Source: Eledone cirrhosa
Lineage: Eukaryota
DNA length: 64,000 nucleotides
Reading direction: 5' to 3'
NCBI GenBank assembly: GCA_964016885.1
Contig: OZ024744.1
Location: forward strand, 69,254,001 to 69,318,000
Shown here one piece after another: positions 33,801 to 52,200 of the stretch. The stretch's first letter is position 1; every line of letters starts with the position of its first letter. The translations under genes and the position numbers were made by a program. The notes beneath the pieces were generated by a model. The model searched no databases and had not been told where the DNA came from. It was given only the letters and a program-made list of their open reading frames with translations.

Positions 33801-36800
33801 CACGGACATAGACATACACTGACATAGACATACACAGACATAGATATACACTGACACAGACATACACTGACATAGACATACACAGACTCAGACATACACT
33901 GACATAGACATACACTGACACAGACATACACTGGCATCGGTATACACTGACACAGACATACACTGATATAGACATACACAGACTCAGACATACACTGACA
34001 GAGACATACACTGACACAGACATACACTGACATAGACATACACCGACATAGACATACAAAGAGTCAGACATACACTGACATAGACATACACAGACATAGA
34101 TATACACTGGCATAGACATACACTGACACAGACATAACACTGACACAGACATACACTGACACAACATACACTGTCACATACATACACTGACATAGACATA
34201 CACAGACACTGACATACACTGACACAGACATACACTGACATAGACATACACAGACTCAGACATACACTGACATAGACATACACTGACATAGACATACACA
34301 GACTCAGACATACACAGATATACACTGACATATACATACACAGACTAAGACATACACTGACACAGACATACACTGACATAGACATACACAGACTCAGACA
34401 TACACTGACATAGACATACACTGACATAGACATACACTGGCATAGACATACACTGACACATACGTACACTGACACAGACATACACTGACATAGACATAAA
34501 CTGACATAGACATACACAGACACAGACATACACTGACACAGACATACACATACTCAGACATACACAGACACAGACATACACTGACACAGACATACACTGA
34601 CACAGACATACACTGACATAGACATACACAGACTCAGACATACACAGACTCAGACATACACTGATATAGACATACACTGACACAGACATACACTGACATA
34701 GACATATACTGGCATAGACATACACAGACACAGACATACACTGACATAGACATACACTGACACAGACATACACTGACATAGACATACACTGACACAGACA
34801 TACACAGACTCAGACATACACTGATATAGACATACACTGACACAGACATACACTGACATAGACATATACTGGCATAGACATACACAGACACAGACATACA
34901 CTGACATAGACATACACTGACACAGACATACACTGACATAGACATACACTGACACAGACATACACTGACATAGACATACACAGACTCAGACATACACTGA
35001 CACAGACATACAGTGACACAGACATACACTGGCATAGGCATACACTGACACAGACATACACTGACATAGACATACACTGACACAGACATACACTGACATA
35101 GACATACACAGACTCAGACATACACTGACACAGACATACACTGGCATAGACATACACTGACACAGACATACACTGACATAGACATACACTGACACAGACA
35201 TACACTGACATAGACATACACAGACTCAGACATTCATGGGCATAGACATACACAGACTCAGACATACACAGACTCAGACATACACTGACATAGACATACA
35301 CTGACACAGACATACACTGGCATAGACATACACTGACACAGACATACACTGGCATAGACATACACTGACACAGACATACACTGATATAGACATACACAGA
35401 CTCAGACATACACTGACAGAGACATACACTGACACAGACATACACTGACATAGACATACACTGACATAGACATACACAGACTCAGACATACACTGACATA
35501 GACATACACTGACATAGACATACACAGAGTCAGACATACACAGACATACACTGACATATACATACACAGACTAAGACATACACTGACACAGACATACACT
35601 GACATAGACATACACAGACATAGATATACACTGGCATAGACATACACTGACACAGACATAACACTGACACAGACATACACTGACACAACATACACTGTCA
35701 CATACATACGCTGACATAGACATACACAGTCACTGACATACACTGACACAGACATACACTGACATAGACATGAACATAATCAGACATACACTGACATAGA
35801 TATACACTGACACAGACATACACTGACATAGACATACACAGACTCAGACATACACTGACATAGACATACACAGACATAGATATACACTGACATAGACATA
35901 CACTGGCAGAGACATACACTGACTCAGACATACACAGACACAGACATACACTGACACAGACATACACTGACACAGACATACACTGATAAAGACATACACT
36001 GACACAGACATACACTGACAGAGACATACACTGACATAGACATACACTGACATAGACATACACTGACACAGACATACACTGTCACATACATACACTGACA
36101 CAGACATACACTGACATAGACATACACTGACACAGACATACACTGCCATAGACATACACTGACACAGACATACACTGACATAGACATACACTGACATAGA
36201 CATACACAGACTCAGACATACACAGACACAGTCATACACTGACACAGACATACACTGACATAGACATACACAGACTCAGACATACACTGACATAGACATA
36301 CACAGACTCAGACATACAGTGACACAGACATACACTGACATAGACATACACAGACACAGACATACAAAGACCTACACAGACATAGATATACACTGACACA
36401 GACATACACTGACATAAACATACACTGACATAGACATACACTGACACAGACATACACTGACATAGACATACACTGACATAGACATACACAGACATAGATA
36501 TACACTGACACAGACATACACTGACATAGACATACACAGACTCAGACATACACTGACATAGACATACACTGACACAGACATACACTGATATAGACATACA
36601 CAGACTCAGAATACACTGACAGAGACATACACTGACACAGACATACACTGACATAGACATACACCGACATAGACATACAAAGAGTCAGACATACACTGAC
36701 ACAGACATACACAGACATAGATATACACTGGCATAGACATACACTGACACAGACATAACACTGACACAGACATACACTGACACAACATATACTGTCACAT

Positions 36801-39800
36801 ACATACACTGACATAGACATACACAGACACTGACATACACTGACACAGACATACACTGACATAGACATACACAGACTCAGACATACACTGACATAGACAT
36901 ACACTGTCATAGACATACACAGACTCAGACATACACAGATATACACTGACATATACATACACAGACTAAGACATACACTGACACAGACATACACTGACAT
37001 AGACATACACAGACTCAGACATACACTGACATAGACATACACTGACATAGACATACACTGGCATAGACATACACTGACACATACGTACACTGACACAGAC
37101 ATACACTGACATAGACATAAACTGACATAGACATACACAGACACAGACATACACTGACACAGACATACACATACTCAGACATACACAGACACAGACATAC
37201 ACTGACACAGACATACACTGACACAGACATACACATACTCAGACATACACAGACACAGATATACACTGACACAGACATACACTGACACAGACATACACTG
37301 ACATAGACATGCACTGACACAGACATACACTGACATAGACATACACTGACATAGACATACACAGACTCAGACATACACTGACATAGACATACACAGACTC
37401 AGACATACAAAGACATACACAGACATAGATATACACTGACACAGACATACACTGACATAAACATACACTGACATGGACATACACTGACACAGACATACAC
37501 TGACATAGACATACACTGACATAGACATACACAGACATAGATATACACTGACACAGACTTACACTGACACAGACATACACTGACACAGACATACGCTGAC
37601 ACAGACATACACTGACTCAGACATACACAGACTCAGACATACACAGACTCAGACATACACTGACACAGAGATACACTGATACAGACATACACTAGCACAG
37701 ACATACACTGACATAGACATACACTGACACATACATACACTGACACAGACATACACTGATACAGCCATACACTGACACAGACATACACTGACTCAGACAT
37801 ACACAGACTCAGACATACACAGACTCAGACATACACTGACACAGACATACACTGACTCAGACATACATTGACACAGACATACACTGACATAGACATACAC
37901 TGACATAGACATACACAGACTCAGACATACACAGACATACACGGACATAGACATACACTGACATAGACATACACAGACATAGATATACACTGACACAGAC
38001 ATACACTGACATAGACATACACAGACTCAGACATACACTGACATAGACATACACTGACACAGACATACACTGGCATCGGTATACACTGACACAGACATAC
38101 ACTGATATAGACATACACAGACTCAGACATACACTGACAGAGACATACACTGACACAGACATACACTGACATAGACATACACCGACATAGACATACAAAG
38201 AGTCAGACATACACTGACATAGACATACACAGACATAGATATACACTGGCATAGACATACACTGACACAGACATAACACTGACACAGACATACACTGACA
38301 CAACATACACTGTCACATACATACACTGACATAGACATACACAGACACTGACATACACTGACACAGACATACACTGACATAGACATACACAGACTCAGAC
38401 ATACACTGACATAGACATACACTGACATAGACATACACAGACTCAGACATACACAGATATACACTGACATATACATACACAGACTAAGACATACACTGAC
38501 ACAGACATACACTGACATAGACATACACAGACTCAGACATACACTGACATAGACATACACTGACATAGACATACACTGGCATAGACATACACTGACACAT
38601 ACGTACACTGACACAGACATACACTGACATAGACATAAACTGACATAGACATACACAGACACAGACATACACTGACACAGACATACACATACTCAGACAT
38701 ACACAGACACAGACATACACTGACACAGACATACACTGACACAGACATACACTGACATAGACATACACTGACACAGACATACACTGACATAGACATACAC
38801 TGACATAGACATACACAGACTCAGACATACACAGACTCAGACATACACTGATATAGACATACACTGACACAGACATACACTGACATAGACATATACTGGC
38901 ATAGACATACACAGACACAGACATACACTGACATAGACATACACTGACACAGACATACACTGACATAGACATACACTGACACAGACATACACAGACTCAG
39001 ACATACACTGATATAGACATACACTGACACAGACATACACTGACATAGACATATACTGGCATAGACATACACAGACACAGACATACACTGACATAGACAT
39101 ACACTGACACAGACATACACTGACATAGACATACACTGACACAGACATACACTGACATAGACATACACAGACTCAGACATACACTGACACAGACATACAG
39201 TGACACAGACATACACTGGCATAGGCATACACTGACACAGACATACACTGACATAGACATACACTGACACAGACATACACTGACATAGACATACACAGAC
39301 TCAGACATACACTGACACAGACATACACTGGCATAGACATACACTGACACAGACATACACTGACATAGACATACACTGACACAGACATACACTGACATAG
39401 ACATACACAGACTCAGACATTCATGGGCATAGACATACACAGACTCAGACATACACAGACTCAGACATACACTGACATAGACATACACTGACACAGACAT
39501 ACACTGGCATAGACATACACTGACACAGACATACACTGGCATAGACATACACTGACACAGACATACACTGATATAGACATACACAGACTCAGACATACAC
39601 TGACAGAGACATACACTGACACAGACATACACTGACATAGACATACACTGACATAGACATACACAGACTCAGACATACACTGACATAGACATACACTGAC
39701 ATAGACATACACAGAGTCAGACATACACAGACATACACTGACATATACATACACAGACTAAGACATACACTGACACAGACATACACTGACATAGACATAC

Positions 39801-40540
39801 ACAGACATAGATATACACTGGCATAGACATACACTGACACAGACATAACACTGACACAGACATACACTGACACAACATACACTGTCACATACATACGCTG
39901 ACATAGACATACACAGTCACTGACATACACTGACACAGACATACACTGACATAGACATGAACATAATCAGACATACACTGACATAGATATACACTGACAC
40001 AGACATACACTGACATAGACATACACAGACTCAGACATACACTGACATAGACATACACAGACATAGATATACACTGACATAGACATACACTGGCAGAGAC
40101 ATACACTGACTCAGACATACACAGACACAGACATACACTGACACAGACATACACTGACACAGACATACACTGATAAAGACATACACTGACACAGACATAC
40201 ACTGACAGAGACATACACTGACATAGACATACACTGACATAGACATACACTGACACAGACATACACTGTCACATACATACACTGACACAGACATACACTG
40301 ACATAGACATACACTGACACAGACATACACTGCCATAGACATACACTGACACAGACATACACTGACATAGACATACACTGACATAGACATACACAGACTC
40401 AGACATACACAGACACAGTCATACACTGACACAGACATACACTGACATAGACATACACAGACTCAGACATACACTGACATAGACATACACAGACTCAGAC
40501 ATACAGTGACACAGACATACACTGACATAGACATACACAG
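16150..40540. repeat. Higher-order tandem duplication, period 12236 bp (junction ~28390)
   Basis: Offsets of 12236 (16513/28749, 17083/29319, 20566/32802), then 12188 (24354/36542) and 12140 (25653/37793, 27891/40031). Shared rare variants: gacatagagatac (~16165/~28401), gacataaaatgac, gacttatact, aagacctacac. Boundaries approximate. Confidence 0.88.
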
Positions 40541-43200
40541 ACACAGACATACAAAGACATACACAGACATAGATATACACTGACACAGACATACACTGAC
40601 ATAAACATACACTGACATAGACATACACTGACACAGACATACACTGACATAGACATACACTGACATAGACATACACAGACATAGATATACACTGACACAG
40701 ACATACACTGACATAGACATACACAGACTCAGACATACACTGACATAGACATACACTGACACAGACATACACTGATATAGACATACACAGACTCAGAATA
40801 CACTGACAGAGACATACACTGACACAGACATACACTGACATAGACATACACCGACATAGACATACAAAGAGTCAGACATACACTGACATAGACATACACA
40901 GACATAGATATACACTGGCATAGACATACACTGACACAGACATAACACTGACACAGACATACACTGACACAACATATACTGTCACATACATACACTGACA
41001 TAGACATACACAGACACTGACATACACTGACACAGACATACACTGACATAGACATACACAGACTCAGACATACACTGACATAGACATACACTGTCATAGA
41101 CATACACAGACTCAGACATACACAGATATACACTGACATATACATACACAGACTAAGACATACACTGACACAGACATACACTGACATAGACATACACAGA
41201 CTCAGACATACACTGACATAGACATACACTGACACAGACATACACTGACATAGACATAAACTGACATAGACATACACAGACACAGACATACACTGACACA
41301 GACATACACATACTCAGACATACACAGACACAGACATACACTGACACAGACATACACTGACACAGACATACACATACTCAGACATACACAGACACAGATA
41401 TACACTGACACAGACATACACTGACACAGACATACACTGACATAGACATGCACTGACACAGACATACACTGACATAGACATACACTGACATAGACATACA
41501 CAGACTCAGACATACACTGACATAGACATACACAGACTCAGACATACACTGACACAGACATACACTGACATAGACATACACAGACTCAGACATACAAAGA
41601 CATACACAGACATAGATATACACTGACACAGACATACACTGACATAAACATACACTGACATGGACATACACTGACACAGACATACACTGACATAGACATA
41701 CACTGACATAGACATACACAGACATAGATATACACTGACACAGACTTACACTGACACAGACATACACTGACACAGACATACGCTGACACAGACATACACT
41801 GACTCAGACATACACAGACTCAGACATACACAGACTCAGACATACACTGACACAGAGATACACTGATACAGACATACACTAGCACAGACATACACTGACA
41901 TAGACATACACTGACACATACATACACTGACACAGACATACACTGATACAGCCATACACTGACACAGACATACACTGACTCAGACATACACAGACTCAGA
42001 CATACACAGACTCAGACATACACTGACACAGACATACACTGACTCAGACATACATTGACACAGACATACACTGACATAGACATACACTGACATAGACATA
42101 CACAGACTCAGACATACACAGACATACACGGACATAGACATACACTGACATAGACATACACAGACATAGATATACACTGACACAGACATACACTGACATA
42201 GACATACACAGACTCAGACATACACTGACATAGACATACACTGACACAGACATACACTGGCATCGGTATACACTGACACAGACATACACTGATATAGACA
42301 TACACAGACTCAGACATACACTGACAGAGACATACACTGACACAGACATACACTGACATAGACATACACCGACATAGACATACAAAGTGTCAGACATACA
42401 CTGACATAGACATACACAGACATAGATATACACTGGCATAGACATACACTGACACAGACATAACACTGACACAGACATACACTGACACAACATACACTGT
42501 CACATACAAACACTGACATAGACATACACAGACACTGACATACACTGACACAGACATACACTGACATAGACATACACAGACTCAGACATACACTGACATA
42601 GACATACACTGACATAGACATACACAGACTCAGACATACACAGATATACACTGACATATACATACACAGACTAAGACATACACTGACACAGACATACACT
42701 GACATAGACATACACAGACTCAGACATACACTGACATAGACATACACTGACATAGACATACACTGGCATAGACATACACTGACACATACGTACACTGACA
42801 CAGACATACACTGACATAGACATAAACTGACATAGACATACACAGACACAGACATACACTGACACAGACATACACATACTCAGACATACACAGACACAGA
42901 CATACACTGACACAGACATACACTGACACAGACATACACTGACATAGACATACACTGACACAGACATACACTGACATAGACATACACTGACATAGACATA
43001 CACAGACTCAGACATACACAGACTCAGACATACACTGATATAGACATACACTGACACAGACATACACTGACATAGACATATACTGGCATAGACATACACA
43101 GACACAGACATACACTGACATAGACATACACTGACACAGACATACACTGACATAGACATACACTGACACAGACATACACAGACTCAGACATACACTGATA
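20810..43200. repeat. ~4.2-kb higher-order unit, present in several copies
   Basis: Offsets of 4235 (21418/25653, 22109/26344, 23656/27891), 4139 (33654/37793) and 4187 (37793/41980). Copies are not contiguous over the whole span. Confidence 0.8.
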
Positions 43201-46200
43201 TAGACATACACTGACACAGACATACACTGACATAGACATACACTGACATAGACATACACAGACTCAGACATACACTGACATAGACATACACAGACTCAGA
43301 CATACACTGACACAGACATACACTGACATAGACATACACAGACTCAGACATACAAAGACATACACAGACATAGATATACACTGACACAGACATACACTGA
43401 CATAAACATACACTGACATGGACATACACTGACACAGACATACACTGACATAGACATACACTGACATAGACATACACAGACATAGATATACACTGACACA
43501 GACTTACACTGACACAGACATACACTGACACAGACATACGCTGACACAGACATACACTGACTCAGACATACACAGACTCAGACATACACAGACTCAGACA
43601 TACACTGACACAGAGATACACTGATACAGACATACACTAGCACAGACATACACTGACATAGACATACACTGACACATACATACACTGACACAGACATACA
43701 CTGATACAGCCATACACTGACACAGACATACACTGACTCAGACATACACAGACTCAGACATACACAGACTCAGACATACACTGACACAGACATACACTGA
43801 CTCAGACATACATTGACACAGACATACACTGACATAGACATACACTGACATAGACATACACAGACTCAGACATACACAGACATACACGGACATAGACATA
43901 CACTGACATAGACATACACAGACATAGATATACACTGACACAGACATACACTGACATAGACATACACAGACTCAGACATACACTGACATAGACATACACT
44001 GACACAGACATACACTGGCATCGGTATACACTGACACAGACATACACTGATATAGGCATACACAGACTCAGACATACACTGACAGAGACATACACTGACA
44101 CAGACATACACTGACATAGACATACACCGACATAGACATACAAAGAGTCAGACATACACTGACATAGACATACACAGACATAGATATACACTGGCATAGA
44201 CATACACTGACACAGACATAACACTGACACAGACATACACTGACACAACATACACTGTCACATACATACACTGACATAGACATACACAGACACTGACATA
44301 CACTGACACAGACATACACTGACATAGACATACACAGACTCAGACATACACTGACATAGACATACACTGACATAGACATACACAGACTCAGACATACACA
44401 GATATACACTGACATATACATACACAGACTAAGACATACACTGACACAGACATACACTGACATAGACATACACAGACTCAGACATACACTGACATAGACA
44501 TACACTGACATAGACATACACTGGCATAGACATACACTGACACATACGTACACTGACACAGACATACACTGACATAGACATAAACTGACATAGACATACA
44601 CAGACACAGACATACACTGACACAGACATACACATACTCAGACATACACAGACACAGACATACACTGACACAGACATACACTGACACAGACATACACTGA
44701 CATAGACATACACTGACACAGACATACACTGACATAGACATACACTGACATAGACATACACAGACTCAGACATACACAGACTCAGACATACACTGATATA
44801 GACATACACTGACACAGACATACACTGACATAGACATATACTGGCATAGACATACACAGACACAGACATACACTGACATAGACATACACTGACACAGACA
44901 TACACTGACATAGACATACACTGACACAGACATACACAGACTCAGACATACACTGATATAGACATACACTGACACAGACATACACTGACATAGACATATA
45001 CTGGCATAGACATACACAGACACAGACATACACTGACATAGACATACACTGACACAGACATACACTGACATAGACATACACTGACACAGACATACACTGA
45101 CATAGACATACACTGACATAGACATACACTGGCATAGACATACACTGACACATACGTACACTGACACAGACATACACTGACATAGACATAAACTGACATA
45201 GACATACACAGACACAGACATACACTGACACAGACATACACATACTCAGACATACACAGACACAGACATACACTGACACAGACATACACTGACACAGACA
45301 TACACTGACATAGACATACACTGACACAGACATACACTGACATAGACATACACTGACATAGACATACACAGACTCAGACATACACAGACTCAGACATACA
45401 CTGATATAGACATACACTGACACAGACATACACTGACATAGACATATACTGGCATAGACATACACAGACACAGACATACACTGACATAGACATACACTGA
45501 CACAGACATACACTGACATAGACATACACTGACACAGACATACACAGACTCAGACATACACTGATATAGACATACACTGACACAGACATACACTGACATA
45601 GACATATACTGGCATAGACATACACAGACACAGACATACACTGACATAGACATACACTGACACAGACATACACTGACATAGACATACACTGACACAGACA
45701 TACACTGACATAGACATACACAGACTCAGACATACACTGACATAGACATACACTGACTCAGACATACACTGACACAGACATACAGTGACACAGACATACA
45801 CTGGCATAGGCATACACTGACACAGACATACACTGACATAGACATACACTGACACAGACATACACTGACATAGACATACACAGACTCAGACATACACTGA
45901 CACAGACATACACTGGCACAGACATACACTGGCATAGACATACACTGACACAGACATACACTGGCATAGACATACACTGACACAGACATACACTGATATA
46001 GACATACACAGACTCAGACATACACTGACAGAGACATACACTGACACAGACATACACTGACATAGACATACACTGACATAGACATACACAGACTCAGACA
46101 TACACTGACATAGACATACACTGACATAGACATACACAGAGTCAGACATACACAGACATACACTGACATATACATACACAGACTAAGACATACACTGACA

Positions 46201-49200
46201 CAGACATACACTGACATAGACATACACTGACACAGACATACACTGACATAGACATACACTGACATAGACATACACAGACTCAGACATACACAGACTCAGA
46301 CATACACTGATATAGACATACACTGACACAGACATACACTGACATAGACATATACTGGCATAGACATACACAGACACAGACATACACTGACATAGACATA
46401 CACTGACACAGACATACACTGACATAGACATACACTGACACAGACATACACAGACTCAGACATACACTGATATAGACATACACTGACACAGACATACACT
46501 GACATAGACATATACTGGCATAGACATACACAGACACAGACATACACTGACATAGACATACACTGACACAGACATACACTGACATAGACATACACTGACA
46601 CAGACATACACTGACATAGACATACACAGACTCAGACATACACTGACACAGACATACAGTGACACAGACATACACTGGCATAGGCATACACTGACACAGA
46701 CATACACTGACATAGACATACACTGACACAGACATACACTGACATAGACATACACAGACTCAGACATACACTGACACAGACATACACTGGCTTAGACATA
46801 CACTGACACAGACATACACTGACATAGACATACACTGACACAGACATACACTGACATAGACATACACAGACTCAGACATTCATGGGCATAGACATACACA
46901 GACTCAGACATACACAGACTCAGACATACACTGACATAGACATACACTGACACAGACATACACTGCCATAGACATACACTGACACAGACATACACTGGCA
47001 TAGACATACACTGACACAGACATACACTGATATAGACATACACAGACTCAGACATACACTGACAGAGACATACACTGACACAGACATACACTGACATAGA
47101 CATACACTGACATAGACATACACAGACTCAGACATACACTGACATAGACATACACTGACATAGACATACACAGAGTCAGACATACACAGACATACACTGA
47201 CATATACATACACAGACTAAGACATACACTGACACAGACATACACTGACATAGACATACACAGACATAGATATACACTGGCATAGACATACACTGACACA
47301 GACATAACACTGACACAGACATACACTGACACAACATACACTGTCACATACATACGCTGACATAGACATACACAGTCACTGACATACACTGACACAGACA
47401 TACACTGACATAGACATGAACATAATCAGACATACACTGACATAGATATACACTGACACAGACATACACTGACATAGACATACACAGACTCAGACATACA
47501 CTGACATAGACATACACAGACATAGATATACACTGACATAGACATACACTGGCAGAGACATACACTGACTCAGACATACACAGACACAGACATACACTGA
47601 CACAGACATACACTGACACAGACATACACTGATAAAGACATACACTGACACAGACATACACTGACAGAGACATACACTGACATAGACATACACTGACATA
47701 GACATACACTGACACAGACATACACTGTCACATACATACACTGACACAGACATACACTGACATAGACATACACTGACACAGACATACACTGCCATAGACA
47801 TACACTGACACAGACATACACTGACATAGACATACACTGACATAGACATACACAGACTCAGACATACACAGACACAGTCATACACTGACACAGACATACA
47901 CTGACATAGACATACACAGACTCAGACATACACTGACATAGACATACACAGACTCAGACATACAGTGACACAGACATACACTGACATAGACATACACAGA
48001 CACAGACATACAAAGACATACACAGACATAGATATACACTGACACAGACATACACTGACATAAACATACACTGACATAGACATACACTGACACAGACATA
48101 CACTGACATAGACATACACTGACATAGACATACACAGACATAGATATACACTGACACAGACATACACTGACATAGACATACACAGACTCAGACATACACT
48201 GACATAGACATACACTGACACAGACATACACTGATATAGACATACACAGACTCAGAATACACTGACAGAGACATACACTGACACAGACATACACTGACAT
48301 AGACATACACCGACATAGACATACAAAGAGTCAGACATACACTGACATAGACATACACAGACATAGATATACACTGGCATAGACATACACTGACACAGAC
48401 ATAACACTGACACAGACATACACTGACACAACATATACTGTCACATACATACACTGACATAGACATACACAGACACTGACATACACTGACACAGACATAC
48501 ACTGACATAGACATACACAGACTCAGACATACACTGACATAGACATACACTGTCATAGACATACACAGACTCAGACATACACAGATATACACTGACATAT
48601 ACATACACAGACTAAGACATACACTGACACAGACATACACTGACATAGACATACACAGACTCAGACATACACTGACATAGACATACACTGACATAGACAT
48701 ACACTGGCATAGACATACACTGACACATACGTACACTGACACAGACATACACTGACATAGACATAAACTGACATAGACATACACAGACACAGACATACAC
48801 TGACACAGACATACACATACTCAGACATACACAGACACAGACATACACTGACACAGACATACACTGACACAGACATACACTGACATAGACATACACTGAC
48901 ACAGACGTACACTGACATAGACATACACTGACATAGACATACACAGATTCAGACATACACTGACATAGACATACACAGACTCAGACATACACTGACATAG
49001 ACATACACTGACATAGACATACACAGACTCATCATACACAGACATACACTGACATAGACATACACAGACTCAGACATACACTGACATAGACATACACTGA
49101 CATAGACATACACTGGCATAGACATACACTGACACATACGTACACTGACACAGACATACACTGACATAGACATAAACTGACATAGACATACACAGACACA

Positions 49201-52200
49201 GACATACACTGACACAGACATACACATACTCAGACATACACAGACACAGACATACACTGACACAGACATACACTGACACAGACATACACTGACATAGACA
49301 TACACTGACACAGACATACACTGACATAGACATACACTGACATAGACATACACAGACTCAGACATACACTGACATAGACATACACAGACTCAGACATACA
49401 CTGACACAGACATACACTGACATAGACATACACAGACTCAGACATACAAAGACATACACAGACATAGATATACACTGACACAGACATACACTGACATAAA
49501 CATACACTGACATGGACATACACTGACACAGACATACACTGGCATAGACATACACTGACATAGACATACACAGACATAGATATACACTGACACAGACTTA
49601 CACTGACACAGACATACACTGACACAGACATACGCTGACACAGACATACACTGACTCAGACATACACAGACTCAGACATACACAGACTCAGACATACACT
49701 GACACAGAGATACACTGATACAGACATACACTAGCACAGACATACACTGACATAGACATACACTGACACATACATACACTGACACAGACATACACTGATA
49801 CAGCCATACACTGACACAGACATACACTGACTCAGACATACACAGACTCAGACATACACAGACTCAGACATACACTGACACAGACATACACTGACACAGA
49901 CATACACTGACTCAGACATACATTGACACAGACATACACTAACATAGACATACACTGACATAGACATACACAGACTCAGACATACACAGACATACACGGA
50001 CATAGACATACACCGACATAGACATACACAGAGTCAGACATACACTGACATAGACATACACAGACATAGATATACACTGACATAGACATACACTGACACA
50101 GACATACACTGTCACATACATACACTGACACAGACATACACTGACATAGACATACACTGACACAGACATACACTGGCATAGACATACACTGACACAGACA
50201 TACACTGACATAGACATACACTGACATAGACATACACAGACTCAGACATACACAGACACAGACATACACTGACACAGACATAATCTGACATAGACATACA
50301 CAGACTCAGACATACACTGACATAGACATACACAGACTCAGACATACACTGACATAGACATACACTGACATAGACATACACAGACTCAGACATACACTGA
50401 CATAGACATACACTGACATAGACATACACAGAGTCAGACATACACAGACATACACTGACATATACATACACAGACTAAGACATACACTGACACAGACATA
50501 CACTGACATAGACATACACAGACATAGATATACACTGGCATAGACATACACTGACACAGACATAACACTGACACAGACATACACTGACACAACATACACT
50601 GTCACATACATACGCTGACATAGACATACACAGACACTGACATACACTGACACAGACATGCACTGACATAGACATGTACATAATCAGACATACACTGACA
50701 TAGATATACACTGACACAGACATACACTGACATAGACATACACAGACTCAGACATACACTGACATAGACATACACAGACATAGATATACACTGACAAAGA
50801 CATACACTGGCAGAGACATACACTGACTCAGACATACACAGACACAGACATACACTGACACAGACATACACTGACACAGACATACACTGATACAGACATA
50901 CACTGACACAGACATACACTGACAGAGACATACACTGACATAGACATACACTGACATAGACATACACTGACACAGACATACACTGTCACATACATACACT
51001 GACACAGACATACACTGACATAGACATACACTGACACAGACATACACTGGCATAGACATACACTGACACAGACATACACTGACATAGACATACACTGACA
51101 TAGACATACACAGACTCAGACATACACAGACACAGTCATACACTGACACAGACATACACTGACATAGACATACACAGACTCAGACATACACTGACATAGA
51201 CATACACAGACTCAGACATACACTGACACAGACATACACTGACATAGACATACACAGACACAGACATACAAAGACATACACAGACATAGATATACACTGA
51301 CACAGACATACACTGACATAAACATAGTCTGACATAGACATACACTGACACAGACATACACTGACATAGACATACACTGACATAGACATACACAGACATA
51401 GATATACACTGACACAGACATACACTGACATAGACATACACAGACTCAGACATACACTGACATAGACATACACTGACACAGACATACACTGGCATCGGTA
51501 TACACTGACACAGACATACACTGATATAGACATACACAGACTCAGACATACACTGACAGAGACATACACTGACACAGACATACACTGACATAGACATACA
51601 CCGACATAGACATACAAAGAGTCAGGCATACACTGACATAGACATACACAGACATAGATATACACTGGCATAGACATACACTGACACAGACATAACACTG
51701 ACACAGACATACACTGACACAACATACACTGTCACATACATACACTGACATAGACATACACAGACACTGACATACACTGACACAGACATACACTGACATA
51801 GACATACACAGACTCAGACATACACTGACATAGACATACACTGACATAGACATACACTGGCATAGACATACACTGACACATACGTACACTGACACAGACA
51901 TACACTGACATAGACATAAACTGACATAGACATACACAGACACAGACATACACTGACACAGACATACACATACTCAGACATACACAGACACAGACATACA
52001 CTGACACAGACATACACTGACACAGACATACACTGACACAGACATACACTGACATAGACATACACAGACTCAGACATACACTGACATAGACATACACAGA
52101 CTCAGACATACACTGACATAGACATACACTGACATAGACATACACAGACTCAGACATACACAGATATACACTGACATATACATACACAGACTAAGACATA